Notes: generated from the letters alone by a model not told the origin. A DNA stretch of 34,280 bases from a virus (IMGVR_UViG_3300022719_000274:1-34280), one strand, 5' to 3'; positions 8,301 through 18,128 are shown, counted from the stretch's first letter. Made by a program: numbers and translations.

Positions 8301-9340
8301 TCGTCGATCTGCTGGAGGATCGTCTCGGCGTCTTCCTTGGAGATCTCGAGGGCCTCCAGGGGGGAGGTCCCGCGAGTCTCGCGCCCGCGGGGCGTGTAGA
8401 ACTCGGGCTCGATGGGGGGAGCGTCGGCGATGACCTCGTCGGGCAGGGCGCGACCCACCCGGGCCTGAGCGTCGGCCGCCGCGATGACCGCGCCGCGCTC
8501 GGACTCGTTGGCCAGACGGGCGGCCTCGAGGATGTCGCCGTCCAGGGCCCGGTTGAAGACTTGGGCGAGCTCCTCCGGCGGGGCCACTTCGTCCATGGCC
8601 TCCTGCACTTGGGCCGGGCTCTTGCCGGCCTCCCGGGCGCGCCGCATGGCCCGGACGGACTTGGTGGCCAGGATAAGGCCGTCCGCGAACAGGCCCAGGC
8701 CTAGCCCCTCCACGGCGTTCTTCAGCCTCCCCTCGGCCTCCGTGTCGTCCTCGTCGGCGGCCAGGAGTTCGGTCACCGGGTTGGCGAACACGGGGTACTC
8801 CTGGACGAAGTTGGAGAAGCGCTCTTCGTGGCCGTCGAAGACCGCGAAGTCGGCGATGACGCCGGCCGCGGCGTCCCGACCGATGCGGGTTGCGAGAGCC
8901 GCGCGCGTGCGGCCGGCGGCTCGGAGAGCCTTCTCGGCGCGGGTGGTCAGGTTGATCGCTCGGCCCAGCTTGCCGATGCGCCCGATGACCCCCACTACGG
9001 GGACGAAGCCGGTGAGGAAGTTCGAGAACCCCTCGATGACCCCTCCTACCGCCGTGCGGCTCTCGCCCAGCAGGCGCTGGTCGTAGTCAGCCAAGGCGTC
9101 CCGGAAGACGACCTCGTCGACGAAGTTGTAGGTGTCCTGGACGGCGCCCTCGATGCCGCGGAACGGCGCGGCGAGGGTGTCCTTGAACGTGAACAGCTGG
9201 CTCTGCCGCTCGACTGGCTTCTGCCGCGAGAACGGCGTCGAGTTGGGAACGCCCTGGATGTCCTGAGCCGGCGTAAGTCCGCTCTGCGCACGCTGTTGCG
9301 CTCTCCGGCGGAGAAGCTCTTCGATGTTGCTCTGGACCAT
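5396..9340 (-). CDS. Internal virion protein D (gp16-like ejection protein)
   Basis: 1314 aa, helical, directly before the tail fibre. Contains PFIRTPTNI and YGRIDPFATLLG motifs typical of podophage ejection proteins. Confidence 0.8.
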   Translation of the reverse strand: MVQSNIEELLRRRAQQRAQSGLTPAQDIQGVPNSTPFSRQKPVERQSQLFTFKDTLAAPFRGIEGAVQDTYNFVDEVVFRDALADYDQRLLGESRTAVGGVIEGFSNFLTGFVPVVGVIGRIGKLGRAINLTTRAEKALRAAGRTRAALATRIGRDAAAGVIADFAVFDGHEERFSNFVQEYPVFANPVTELLAADEDDTEAEGRLKNAVEGLGLGLFADGLILATKSVRAMRRAREAGKSPAQVQEAMDEVAPPEELAQVFNRALDGDILEAARLANESERGAVIAAADAQARVGRALPDEVIADAPPIEPEFYTPRGRETRGTSPLEALEISKEDAETILQQIDEAPPAGTNPRDFTAAERMALELERRDLNLSRFDGQEGALAAIRIFEDLAEQAASKDVARLKRMGGLPQKLTERQEQAMQELADLAGAEPERLAVQLQRGIVPDGATTLAEQDLDALVRIGARVRMYDQLLVSATDNLYKHVDAVLKAPVGDEAAVDAAMADFGRQSEQLVQLTAAMKGIASEQGRAFRARRLPVGLLEAADLAQEVQSKGGRKAFIKAAEKLKMIEAAARGNKREAAAGALKATRSSTFRKFVNGTNEWWMFSLLSGFTTQAVNGLSGLATSVYLPFEQMLGGAATLRSEVVTDAVRQYVGLAKAIPDAFKMSWAAAKDGENILDPQMRTIDNPEIPQIGLRNLNPLNPEGQFRRRGEGESLTEAGLRWFRGAISLPRIGLTSGDEFVKQLRARSIAHAEFMKDALAEGVAGADAAAAAHKRMETLMERGQMSAMAVLLDRGQDLAVRQGLDGNQAREFAEQWAREQAQRPEWERLLSVGRRALEGAREATFTTPLQRGTLAGDFQTYVNRHPALRLVFPFIRTPTNIALFAGQRADAVGLAKLLGATTFPPLARNLDQSRLRLVQDALSNDPIRKSSAVGRLAFGGSFLTWGFAMAAAGNLTGQGPSDRAKRREWLDAGGQPYSIKVGDKHIAYGRIDPFATLLGSIADVVEVARWADEADQPELEKIVLGMTTALANNVTNKTYLSGVRDLTLLLDPSRSENQVRRTLGRFAGSFTVPSAAAQAARSSDPLMRELNGVLDNIRARIPGLSEELPPMRNLLGEPITRAQAVGSDIVGQWANSFVPIVYRETSDDVIRDELVNLNRGFNPPIASLYGVDLRTIRNDQGRHAYDRWLELHGKVKIGGRSLRSSLRQLIRNKSYQELSPVSQNGFDSPRAAAIGRVVSTYRRVAKVQMMREFPELAETERAAIRARREQSAEVGERGASFLGVPISTAAEALRGSPDPIESATQDPTLQR

Positions 9341-12310
9341 CTACCGTTCGAACCTTTCGATCAGGCCAAGCTGCAGCAGCAGCCACTCGTCGCGCGCGGC
9401 ATCGTTCTGGGGGACGCCGAGGCGGTTCATGATGTTGATGAGGTCCTGCGGACGCTCACTCTGGAACTCGTCGAGATCCTCGACGGTGCGGAAGAGCCGG
9501 GTCTCGTACGGCGGCAGCTCGACGTCCTGGATGGGGATCTCGGTGCGGCGGTTGGAGAACTCAACGAGGCGGTTGATGCGATCCTGCGTCAGCTCGCCCC
9601 GGTAGCTGGTCAGCCCGTTGTCCCGCAGCGCGATGAACGCGGAGATCCGGTTGACGAGCTCGAGCTGCTCTTCGGTCGTCGGTTCCACCACGATGGCGCC
9701 GGCCAGGAGCTGGTCGGGATCGATCCCGCCTAGGGCCATGGCGTTCGCGGCGGCCGCGAAGGCCTCCTCGCGGTCGAGCTTGGGGTCGTTCAAGGCCTGC
9801 TCGGCCTCGTAGACTGCTTCACGCTGCAGGCGGCTCGGTGAGAGCTGCCCGTTGGACGCCTGGGCGTAGACCTCGTAGAACCGGCTGCGGACCGCGGGGT
9901 GACGCGGCATCGACGGGGCGTCCGCCGTGAGTCCCCCACGGGAGGCCAGGGCGTCGTTTGATCGCGCCGATCCGAGGCGGATGAGGTCCTGCTGGTCGAC
10001 CTGGGCGCGCATCTGGTCACCGACGGCCTGGGCTCGGTCGACGAGTTCGCCGACCATGGCCTCGTTGCGCTGGATCTCCTGTTGAAGCTCGGCCTCCTGC
10101 TGGGCGTCCTGGGCCTGGATGATCTCCCCGCCGCGGCCCGAGGCCGAGCGGATGGTGCCCCGGGCAATGAGGTCGGCCGTGCGGTCGATTCGCTCGCTGA
10201 CGGCCAGCTCGAGCTCGGGGAGCGCGTCGCGGAAGCGCTCTCGGATCTCCTCCGGGCCGTCCGCTCCCCGAAGGTTCGTCGGGTCGTTGAACCACTTCTG
10301 CGCCTCTCGGCGGAACTGGCGGTCTACCTCGGCCTGTAGGCGGACTCCCTCGGGCGTGGGGAAGCTGGTGGGCCTCCCCAGGGCGTCGAAGCTGCTGGTG
10401 AAGAACCGATCATCGGCGCCTACCTGGGCCTGCAGGAGGTCGCGCACGTTGGAGGCTGCGGCCGCGAACTGGGGGTCCTGGAGGTAGCGCTCCCGGTTCG
10501 TCGCCTCGCGGTTCTTCAGGAGGAGCTCGCGGCCTTCCGATTCGGTCACCTGGCCGCTCTCGATGGCCGCTTGGATCGCGGAGCGCGCGGACTGGGCCTC
10601 GTCGTTGAGTCGTGTGACCTCGTTCAGGAGTTCTCGGCGCCCCTGGCGCTGTTGGTCGGCCCGCTGGACGACGTTCCGGGAGATCTCCGCGGTGCGCTGC
10701 TCGATGAACTCGCGGACGGCGGAAGTGCCTCCGTCGGCGTCGTTCTGGTGCTCCCGTGCGAAGGCGCGCAGGTCCTTGTTGAAGCGCTGCTCGGCTTCGA
10801 TCATCGCTCGGTCGAACTGGGCCTGGGCCTCAGGCGCGAATCCAGTGAGCGTGTTGCCCGCTTGGCGGATCTCGTTGATGCCGGAGACGTACGCCGGGTT
10901 CTGCTCGATCAGCGGCGCCAGGTCGGCCGCCTGGCCCAGCTCGATCCGGAGGCGCTCGGCGTCGCGCGGTAGGATCTCGACCAGGGGGTCCGTGAGGGCG
11001 TTCTCGAACAGGATGCGAGCCCCTTCGACGTCACCGTCCAGGTAGAGCCGGTCCTCGAAGTTGGAGATGAACTCCTGATCGGTACGCTCGGCCGCGGTCA
11101 TCTGCTCGGCCATCTCGCGGACCGCGAGGACCGAGTAGGCCTTGTCCTGGTCGGACAGGGTGTCGTTGTTGTTGATGCGCTCCTCGATCGTGGCGAGCGC
11201 GTCGTACGGTGAAGCCCCCGGGTCGTTCACGGCTCCGGCGAACAGGGTGATGGCCTCGTCCCGGGCGTTCTGCTGGACCTGACGGATGGCGATCTGCCGG
11301 GACTTGAGTTCGTCCTGCTGGTCTTGGCGCTCCTGGTTCATCAGGGAGGCGCGGACCGACTCGAGCTCTTCGGCGAACCGCGGGTCATCGCCGATGCGGA
11401 CTCCGGCGATCTCCAGGTCCTCGGCGATCTCGAGCACGCGGAGGCCCTCCCCAGCGTCGGCGTTGCGCGCCCTCTGGATCGAGATGCGGGCGGACTGCCA
11501 GACGACCTCGGCCGGCTTCCGGAAGTCGCTGCCGAACACCTCCTCCTCGACGTACTGCTGGATGCTGTCCTTCTGCTGGAGAGCCTGCTCGCCATCCAGG
11601 TCGAGTGTTGAGAGGCGGTCGAGGCGGCTCGAGATCTCGTTGGTGACATCGGTGCGGAACTGAGTCTCGCGGGCCTCCTTGACCCGCTTCAAGGCTTCCG
11701 ACCGCATCGCCTCGTCGACCCTCAGCTTGGAGCCGGAGGCTTCCGTACTGCCGATGAAGTCCTGCAGGATGAAGTCCTGATCGACGAGCTTCGCCCACTC
11801 ATCGGCGAGGATGTCGTCGACAGACGGCGGATCGACGTTGTTGCCGTTGGCGTCCGTCAGCTGGGCGACTTCGTCCAGGCGTTCCTGGACCCGCCGCTGA
11901 TACTGGCCCACTCGGCGGCGGGCGGCCGCCCGGATGGCCCCCACAATGAAGCGAGGAGAGTCGGCCTCGTCCATCTCTCCGGCTTCCACCTTCTGGCGGA
12001 TGAGGCGGCCCAGGGCTTCTCTGGGATCGTCCGCGTCGGCGACTTGAGCAGCCAGCTCGTCGAACACCTTGAAGTCTTCGGTCGCGAACGCGGCACCGGC
12101 CTGCTCGTCCTCCTCGTTCTTCTTCTTCTGGCTCTGAGCCAGGCTGAAGGACAGCTTGCGGAGGCCCTGCGCGAGGGGCTTGAGGTTGACGGCCTGCTTC
12201 GGCGCAGGAGCCCGGGTGCGGATCGGGTAGAAGGTGTTGATCGGCCGCGCGATCGGCTCGAAGAGTCCCGGTGCGGAGACCTGCAGGTCTTCGATCTGTC
12301 GTCGGGGCAT
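9341..12310 (-). CDS. Internal virion protein C (gp15-like)
   Basis: 989-aa helical, acidic protein in the gp15 position. Confidence 0.7.
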   Translation of the reverse strand: MPRRQIEDLQVSAPGLFEPIARPINTFYPIRTRAPAPKQAVNLKPLAQGLRKLSFSLAQSQKKKNEEDEQAGAAFATEDFKVFDELAAQVADADDPREALGRLIRQKVEAGEMDEADSPRFIVGAIRAAARRRVGQYQRRVQERLDEVAQLTDANGNNVDPPSVDDILADEWAKLVDQDFILQDFIGSTEASGSKLRVDEAMRSEALKRVKEARETQFRTDVTNEISSRLDRLSTLDLDGEQALQQKDSIQQYVEEEVFGSDFRKPAEVVWQSARISIQRARNADAGEGLRVLEIAEDLEIAGVRIGDDPRFAEELESVRASLMNQERQDQQDELKSRQIAIRQVQQNARDEAITLFAGAVNDPGASPYDALATIEERINNNDTLSDQDKAYSVLAVREMAEQMTAAERTDQEFISNFEDRLYLDGDVEGARILFENALTDPLVEILPRDAERLRIELGQAADLAPLIEQNPAYVSGINEIRQAGNTLTGFAPEAQAQFDRAMIEAEQRFNKDLRAFAREHQNDADGGTSAVREFIEQRTAEISRNVVQRADQQRQGRRELLNEVTRLNDEAQSARSAIQAAIESGQVTESEGRELLLKNREATNRERYLQDPQFAAAASNVRDLLQAQVGADDRFFTSSFDALGRPTSFPTPEGVRLQAEVDRQFRREAQKWFNDPTNLRGADGPEEIRERFRDALPELELAVSERIDRTADLIARGTIRSASGRGGEIIQAQDAQQEAELQQEIQRNEAMVGELVDRAQAVGDQMRAQVDQQDLIRLGSARSNDALASRGGLTADAPSMPRHPAVRSRFYEVYAQASNGQLSPSRLQREAVYEAEQALNDPKLDREEAFAAAANAMALGGIDPDQLLAGAIVVEPTTEEQLELVNRISAFIALRDNGLTSYRGELTQDRINRLVEFSNRRTEIPIQDVELPPYETRLFRTVEDLDEFQSERPQDLINIMNRLGVPQNDAARDEWLLLQLGLIERFER

Positions 12311-12313
12311 GCG

Positions 12314-12862
12314 TCAGCTGTTGATGACGGTGTTGAAGTCGGCGGCACCGCTGACGGCGGCCCCGACGCCGCCCAGAGCCGACCCCAGAGCCCCGGGACG
12401 CGGCACCGGTCCGGGCTGGGTGCTCAGGATGCGGGATGCGCTCTGCGAGGCGATGCCCTGCGATTCGAGAGACAGCTGCAGGTTCCGTGCTCGGATCTGG
12501 CGTGCGGTGGACGTCTGGTGCTCGAGTTCCTGGCGCTGGAACTCGCCCAGGAGGGCCCCTACCGAGCTGCCCTGCACACCTCCGGCCCCGGCCTGAGTCA
12601 ACGCGGCGCCCTGCTGGCGGAGCGACTGGCGCACCACGTTGGACACGCTGGCGTTGGCGACTTCCCGGTCCTGGTCTGAGCGGGCGGACAGGGCGATGGA
12701 AGCGTTCTTGGCGTCGTCCTCCGCGACAGCCTTGTTGACGTCATGGACCGCTTCGGCGTGGCGTTCGGTCGCTCGCGCGTTGGCGTTGGCTTGCTCCGTC
12801 TGGATGACGGTGTTCACGACCGATATGATGATGCTGATGACGGCGACAAGGGCTACACACAT
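12314..12862 (-). CDS. Internal virion protein B (gp14-like)
   Basis: MC start, hydrophobic N-terminus, AGGVQGSSV motif, Gly/Ala-rich C-terminus, correct synteny. Confidence 0.8.
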   Translation of the reverse strand: MCVALVAVISIIISVVNTVIQTEQANANARATERHAEAVHDVNKAVAEDDAKNASIALSARSDQDREVANASVSNVVRQSLRQQGAALTQAGAGGVQGSSVGALLGEFQRQELEHQTSTARQIRARNLQLSLESQGIASQSASRILSTQPGPVPRPGALGSALGGVGAAVSGAADFNTVINS

Positions 12863-12865
12863 GGT

Positions 12866-13315
12866 TCAGGCCTCCTTGGGAGGGTAGTGTAGGCGCACGA
12901 AGTGCCCGCAGTCTTCCAAGCTGCAGCCGAGCCACTCGAGCCAGCGCATGTGGAGGACGTTTTCGGGGGACAGGAAGTTCGTCATCGGCCGCCCATCGGA
13001 CAGCTTGACGAACTGGTCGAACCAGAGTCGGGACTCGCGGGCGAACCGCCTCCAGACTTCTCGATCGGAGATGCGGTCCGTACCGAGCAACCACGGGAAG
13101 GCGTAGTCGATCCCGAGGCTTAGGCCGGCCATGCCGATCGGTTCATCGCCCACCATGAGCGTGTAGCACACGATCCCCTTCTCGAAGCCGGACCTCAGCG
13201 CCTCTTCCGGGGACTTCCGAACCAGGGCGATGTCGAGGAGGTCGTGCCTTCGCAGTCGGTCCTTCAGCTGGTCGATGTCGCCCTCGACACTGGGCCGCAC
13301 GAAGCGATCCCTCAC
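12866..13315 (-). CDS. Internal virion protein A (gp13-like, GNAT-like fold)
   Basis: LRRHD, PWLLGTD and N..HMRWLEWLG motifs. Follows tail tube B. Confidence 0.85.
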   Translation of the reverse strand: MRDRFVRPSVEGDIDQLKDRLRRHDLLDIALVRKSPEEALRSGFEKGIVCYTLMVGDEPIGMAGLSLGIDYAFPWLLGTDRISDREVWRRFARESRLWFDQFVKLSDGRPMTNFLSPENVLHMRWLEWLGCSLEDCGHFVRLHYPPKEA

Positions 13316-16300
13316 ACCGCCCCCAGCTGACTACCGGAGCCGTCGAAGGACACTTCCCACTCAGCGGACTGGAGCTTGAACGGCAGCCCGCTCGAACTCT
13401 CGATGCTGACGTCGACCTTCGACGCAGGGAACAGGATGCCCGTCCGCAGCCGGCCGGACTGGAGGCTCAGCTCTCCGATCGTGGTGCCACCCACCAGAGC
13501 GCTGTTGAAACGCTTCTCGCCCGCAGGGCGGTTCTCGGGTTCGATCTTCACGACGAAGTCGGAGGTGTCCCGATAGAGCACCGTGAAGGCGATCGCCCGG
13601 TGGCTGTTGACGGCCGCGACGGGCGACAGGGTGCCGCGAGCGGTCTGCTGCCGCACGAACGGACGGGAGAACTTGTGGGTCGCGGTGAACGTCTGTCCAA
13701 TCCACAGGTCGGTGCCCGTGACGTCACCCTCAACGACGACCGAGGCCCCCCCGGCCGGGGCGCTGGCCACCTGCTTCGCCAGTCCGCCGTTGGTGGACGC
13801 CGTGTTCCTCGTGTAGACCCTCATGGTCGCGCCCGTGGCCACGTTGTAGGGGATCGTGATCGTGGTCTGGTCGGTCACCGGGTCGTAGACACTCGACACC
13901 CCGGTGTCGGTATCCTTGAGTCGCCGGTCGAGGTGTGTGGTGTAGCTGGCGCCCTCGTCCGCGATGGCGCTGGACACCTCCATCTTCTCAAGGAAGACGC
14001 CCTCGTCTCGCTGGATGACCAGGTAGAGCTCGTTCTCTACCCACTCGATGCCGACGACCTCGGCCTCGTCGTCCTCGATCCTCCACCGCACCCAAGCGCT
14101 CTGCCGCCTCTCCTGGTTCTGCCAGAAGAACTTGTAGGTGTAAAGCTCGCTCTTGTCGTCGTCCGACTGTAGGACGAGCATGTCGGCCAGCGTCGACGCG
14201 GCGATCCTCGTGGCCACCCCTTTGATGAACCGGGGGATGGCCTGGGCGACGTCGTCCGCCGTGAGGGTAACCTCGGAGTCCTGGAAGAGCTCGCGGACTC
14301 CGGAGAAGCCGCTGCGGGGGTAGGCGAAGAACACGGAGCGCCCGGTGGCGATCGCCGGCGTGTTCGCGTAGTTCTCGAACTCGAGCGCCGCGCGGATCGA
14401 GACGTTGCGTGCGTTGATCGAAGGACTTCCGCTCAGTATGAACTGAGTGCGGTCGCTGAAGAGGATCAGCTGCTGGTTGAACGGCGCCGCGCTGTTGAGG
14501 ATCGAGACTCGAGTGTGCGCCGCCTGGACGTCGACCACGTCGGACTCGACGAAGGCGGCAGTGGTGATCCTGAAGAAGTTGAAGAAGCCGGAGGCCTCGC
14601 TCAGGATGACGTTCTGGTCGCTGAGGAAGCCGAGGCGGTTCTGGAAGAAGAAGACATCGTTGATCGTCCGCTGGTCCGAGAAGCTGTTCGAGACGAAGGA
14701 CGGGAACGGGTTCGTGAGGTCGTCTCCGGCGATCCGGTCCGTCCAGTCGATCGGGGCCCACTCGAAGTAGATCTGGTCAGCCGTCCCCGTTACCGTGCCG
14801 ACGCTGTCGTCCTGCATCCGGGTCAGCTTGTGGGGCATAGTGGCCGGATCGAGGCTTATCTGGGAGCCCGGCTCCGCGACCTCCTTCCAGAAGCCGTTGC
14901 CGAAGTCCTCGCCCTCTTCGGGGTTGAACTCGACCCAGAAGTCATCGAGTTCGGACTCGTTGGCCGCGCCGACCACCTTGACGTAGTAGCCCTCGGGAGC
15001 GATCGCCGGGAGATCCGTGACCACTTCGACCTCTCGGTGGACCTTGCCGATCAGGGCGCCGAATCCGGAGTCCGTGACCGTGAGCGTCTCGATGGGGCTG
15101 CTGCCCTGGATCTTGATGTGGAGCGTCGAGCCCTCTCGGGTCACTGTGTAGCCCGAGGCCACCATGTCTGCCCGGAGCGACTCCGCGATGTCGTCGTCGG
15201 CCTGGGCGTCGGGCGACGTTGACTGTGTGGCGCTGTTCGACGTGGTGTACTCGAAGACATCCTCCGAGCCGCCCTCGAGCTTGATCTTGATCTCGTAGTG
15301 GGCGTCCGCGATGCCGCCCTGCTTGATGAACACCAGCGCCTCGTCGGTGTTGTCGTCCGGCCAGGCTTCCTGCGTCGTGAGCCCGCGATGGACCTTCCGC
15401 TTACCGTTCAGTACGATCGTCGTGTCGGCGATAGTGGTGGCTCTGAATTCCCCCACGTCCGCCTGGATGTGCGCGTAGGGAGGGGGAGTCAGCGTCCCCT
15501 GAGCCCAGTGGGCGCCCCACGCGATGACCGACTTGTTCGCCGGCGACGCCGAGGGACGGACGTGGATTCGGACGTCGCCGTTCGTGACCGCGCCCGTGGT
15601 CAGCGTCCCGTGCTCGGAACTCTCGACGCCGATGTAGCAGCGGTACCAGCCGCCAGAGTACCTGTCGACACCGACGGTGCCGGGAGTGTTCGCTGCGGCC
15701 GCGGGCGGGGCCCCGACGGTGATCTCTCCCGTCGAGATATCGATGTCGAAATCGTGCCACAACTGCGTGGTCACGCCGTCGTTCTCGATGAACTCGAGAC
15801 GAATCGTGTCCGACTCGTTGCCGGCGTCGTCGCTCAGCTTGAAGAAGCACGAGATGCATTGCTTCGCGTCGATCGATACGCCCGGCGTGGCCAGGGGCTG
15901 GCCGTAGACGGCGATCGTCCCGATCCCATCGACCGAGAGGCGCTGTGGATCTAGGGCTCCCGTGTAGAGCACTTCCGCCGGCGGCGTCTCGCTGGGCAGA
16001 GCGACCGCGGTGAGCGGGTTGCCGCCTTGGGCGGCCCAGTCGGTCGAGGAGAAGATGAAGTTCTCGGGGTCGTTCAGCTCGTTGTTGTCCAGCAGCCCTT
16101 CCCAGAGGTAGCCGAAGTCAGCCGTGAAGGGCGCGGTCGGCCCGTGGACGGGCAGCACGTCACCCGTGAGGGCGTCGACGACCTCGACCTTGTTCGGCCG
16201 GATCAGGACGATGTAACGCTCGGTGGCGTCCCGGTTGATCGCGTGGACGAAGGTCTCGTCCTCGACCTGGTCGCTGTTGATCTTCGCGACGTGCTCCATC

Positions 16301-16440
16301 GGGTGGCGCTTGGTGAGGCCCTCGACGACGTCGGTGAAGGTGTTCGTGCTGGCTTCCGCTTGGTTGGACAGGCGGATTGAGGGCGGCTGCTGGGAGACTC
16401 CCCCGGTGAGGCTGGGAACTGGCTGTCGGAATCGAGTCAC
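13312..16440 (-). CDS. Tail tubular protein B / nozzle (gp12-like) with an inserted domain
   Basis: Probable GTG start at 16440 (GTGA overlap with tail tube A). PSLTGGVSQQP, GLTKR, GDDLTNPFPSFV and FFQNRLGFLS motifs. 1042 aa. Confidence 0.93.
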   Translation of the reverse strand: MTRFRQPVPSLTGGVSQQPPSIRLSNQAEASTNTFTDVVEGLTKRHPMEHVAKINSDQVEDETFVHAINRDATERYIVLIRPNKVEVVDALTGDVLPVHGPTAPFTADFGYLWEGLLDNNELNDPENFIFSSTDWAAQGGNPLTAVALPSETPPAEVLYTGALDPQRLSVDGIGTIAVYGQPLATPGVSIDAKQCISCFFKLSDDAGNESDTIRLEFIENDGVTTQLWHDFDIDISTGEITVGAPPAAAANTPGTVGVDRYSGGWYRCYIGVESSEHGTLTTGAVTNGDVRIHVRPSASPANKSVIAWGAHWAQGTLTPPPYAHIQADVGEFRATTIADTTIVLNGKRKVHRGLTTQEAWPDDNTDEALVFIKQGGIADAHYEIKIKLEGGSEDVFEYTTSNSATQSTSPDAQADDDIAESLRADMVASGYTVTREGSTLHIKIQGSSPIETLTVTDSGFGALIGKVHREVEVVTDLPAIAPEGYYVKVVGAANESELDDFWVEFNPEEGEDFGNGFWKEVAEPGSQISLDPATMPHKLTRMQDDSVGTVTGTADQIYFEWAPIDWTDRIAGDDLTNPFPSFVSNSFSDQRTINDVFFFQNRLGFLSDQNVILSEASGFFNFFRITTAAFVESDVVDVQAAHTRVSILNSAAPFNQQLILFSDRTQFILSGSPSINARNVSIRAALEFENYANTPAIATGRSVFFAYPRSGFSGVRELFQDSEVTLTADDVAQAIPRFIKGVATRIAASTLADMLVLQSDDDKSELYTYKFFWQNQERRQSAWVRWRIEDDEAEVVGIEWVENELYLVIQRDEGVFLEKMEVSSAIADEGASYTTHLDRRLKDTDTGVSSVYDPVTDQTTITIPYNVATGATMRVYTRNTASTNGGLAKQVASAPAGGASVVVEGDVTGTDLWIGQTFTATHKFSRPFVRQQTARGTLSPVAAVNSHRAIAFTVLYRDTSDFVVKIEPENRPAGEKRFNSALVGGTTIGELSLQSGRLRTGILFPASKVDVSIESSSGLPFKLQSAEWEVSFDGSGSQLGAV

Positions 16441-17072
16441 ACCGGCCTCGTGCGGTTCAGCGGGCGCGTGCGCCGGATGCGTCGGAACAGGCTGTCGTTC
16501 AGCACGTTGTAGTCGCCGGTGCGCTTGTCCTCGCGGCTGAAGCGGGCCAGGGCGATGCCGTAGCGACGCTCGAGGCGAGCGACGAGCTGGTTGTCCCGGT
16601 CGAGAGACTGCGCCGCGTTGAAGGCGGCCTCGGCGACCACCACGGACCGCGCGACCTCGGGGAGGTCCTCGAAGTCCACCGCCTGGGTCAGGTCGCACTT
16701 CACCTCCGTGCCGACCCCGAAGTCGAAGGTGTCGTTGGCCTTGTCGTACAGCTTGCCCGCCCGCTCGACGATGACGACCGGGTTCTCGCCGGAGGTGCTG
16801 GGCATGTTGCAGGGCTTCACCGAGACGGCCATCGTCTGGGGATCGATGGGTAGCGTGATCTCGCCGCTGTTGTCGGCGATGAGCTTCACGTCCTCGATGA
16901 AGTTGAACCACCACCGCTGGGACTGGAGGTCCGCCAGGGCTCGGTTGAGCTCGGCTTCCGCGGCCGAGACTTCGGGGTCGGCCGAGTCGGAGAGCGACTG
17001 GACGGGCTGGGAGCCCATCGCCGCCAGGATGTGGTTGACCCCCGACAGGAGGGTGGTCTTGTTGACTGCCAT
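16437..17072 (-). CDS. Tail tubular protein A / gatekeeper (gp11-like)
   Basis: TLLSGVNHILAAMGSQPV, QSQRWWFN, KLYD and FEDLPE motifs. Probable ATG at 17072. Confidence 0.92.
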   Translation of the reverse strand: MAVNKTTLLSGVNHILAAMGSQPVQSLSDSADPEVSAAEAELNRALADLQSQRWWFNFIEDVKLIADNSGEITLPIDPQTMAVSVKPCNMPSTSGENPVVIVERAGKLYDKANDTFDFGVGTEVKCDLTQAVDFEDLPEVARSVVVAEAAFNAAQSLDRDNQLVARLERRYGIALARFSREDKRTGDYNVLNDSLFRRIRRTRPLNRTRPV

Positions 17073-17091
17073 GATCGTGCCGGGGTTGGAT

Positions 17092-17126
17092 GAAAGGGCC
17101 CCGCCGGCTATCAACCGACGGAGCCC
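17092..17126 (-). terminator. Hairpin terminator after the capsid gene (T-phi position)
   Basis: GGGCTCCGTCGGT pairs with GCCGGCGGGGCCC (G-U pairs allowed) and is followed by TTTC. The U-tract is short. Confidence 0.6.
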
Positions 17127-17159
17127 AGGGAGGGGAGAGGCGTTCTCTTCCGAGGTCCT

Positions 17160-18128
17160 CTACGAGGAGGCAACCTCGATCGCCGCTTCGTTGCGGAGGT
17201 GCTTCGAGCCGATCGCCATCGAGCCGACCATCAGGGTGCCCTGATACTCGATCTTGTGCTCAGACTCCATCGCGATGTCCTTCAGCTTCAGCAGGCCGAC
17301 GGCGCTGCGGTGGAAGGCGATCGCGGTCGTGTTGGTGAAGTCCGCGCTCGAGTCGTCGCCCTCACCCGCGTCCGCCGAGAAGTTCGTGGACGGGATGTGG
17401 TTCGACTTCAGGATCTTCAGGCCGGCGACCTTCATGATCGTGCCGTCCGAGAAGACGCCGTTCATCCCGCCGAAGTCCCGGTTGACCAGGTCGGTCTGCT
17501 GGGCCAGCAGGTAGTACGTCGCCGGGTCGACGACGATGTACCGCTCGCCGTCGTCGGGGACGTCCTTCTCGTCGAACTTCTGGGCGATCTGGAAGCAGGT
17601 CGCGACGGCGCTGGAGCCGTTCGTCGAGAAGTCGGCATCGACGATGCTCTCACCGGTCGGGAAGCTCGCATCGGCGACGCGAGCGGTGGTGTCACGGGCG
17701 GCCAGCACGGCGACGCGCAGGAGGCGCTCGTCGAGGTACTTCGCGAGAGCGAAGCCCATCTGGCGGGCGTACTCTTGGCGCACGTCGTAGTGGTTCTTCA
17801 TCTCGTCGAGGGAGTCGACGAACAGGGCCGTGACCAGAAGGTCGTCCAGGTTCACGACCACTTCGTTGTGGTTCAGCGTCTGGATCAGGTTGTTCGACGG
17901 GTCGAGGATGTTCTCGCCCTGGTCGTGGAAGGCCGCGGAGACCCGGCCGGTCGCCGGGAACTGAGCGGACTTTCCGCTCGCGATGGTGCGCATCGTGACA
18001 ACGTCACGCATGACGTTGCGCTCTTCGAATGCGGTCAGGACCTCGCCGGAGAACACCTTCAGGAAGAGGGCGTCCTCGGTGCCGGCCTGGTTGACTGCAC
18101 CGATGAGACTCGGAGTCGTATCGGTCAT
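17160..18128 (-). CDS. Major capsid protein (gp10-like)
   Basis: ALFLKVFSGEVLTAF, RTIASGKSAQFP, HYDVRQEY and G..ILKSNH motifs. Confidence 0.98.
   Translation of the reverse strand: MTDTTPSLIGAVNQAGTEDALFLKVFSGEVLTAFEERNVMRDVVTMRTIASGKSAQFPATGRVSAAFHDQGENILDPSNNLIQTLNHNEVVVNLDDLLVTALFVDSLDEMKNHYDVRQEYARQMGFALAKYLDERLLRVAVLAARDTTARVADASFPTGESIVDADFSTNGSSAVATCFQIAQKFDEKDVPDDGERYIVVDPATYYLLAQQTDLVNRDFGGMNGVFSDGTIMKVAGLKILKSNHIPSTNFSADAGEGDDSSADFTNTTAIAFHRSAVGLLKLKDIAMESEHKIEYQGTLMVGSMAIGSKHLRNEAAIEVASS

Noticed and set aside
16441-16914. N-terminal extensions given by the ORF track (tail tube B from 16914; likewise exonuclease from 24071, primase from 27204, 18692-20731 and 21976-23061)
   Set aside because: The extensions overlap upstream genes and are low-complexity Arg/Gly/Pro text. 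Coupled starts next to the upstream stops fit better.
17073-17200. T7 10A/10B-type capsid frameshift extension
   Set aside because: There is no evident slippery site, and only about 90 bp containing a terminator hairpin precede tail tube A.
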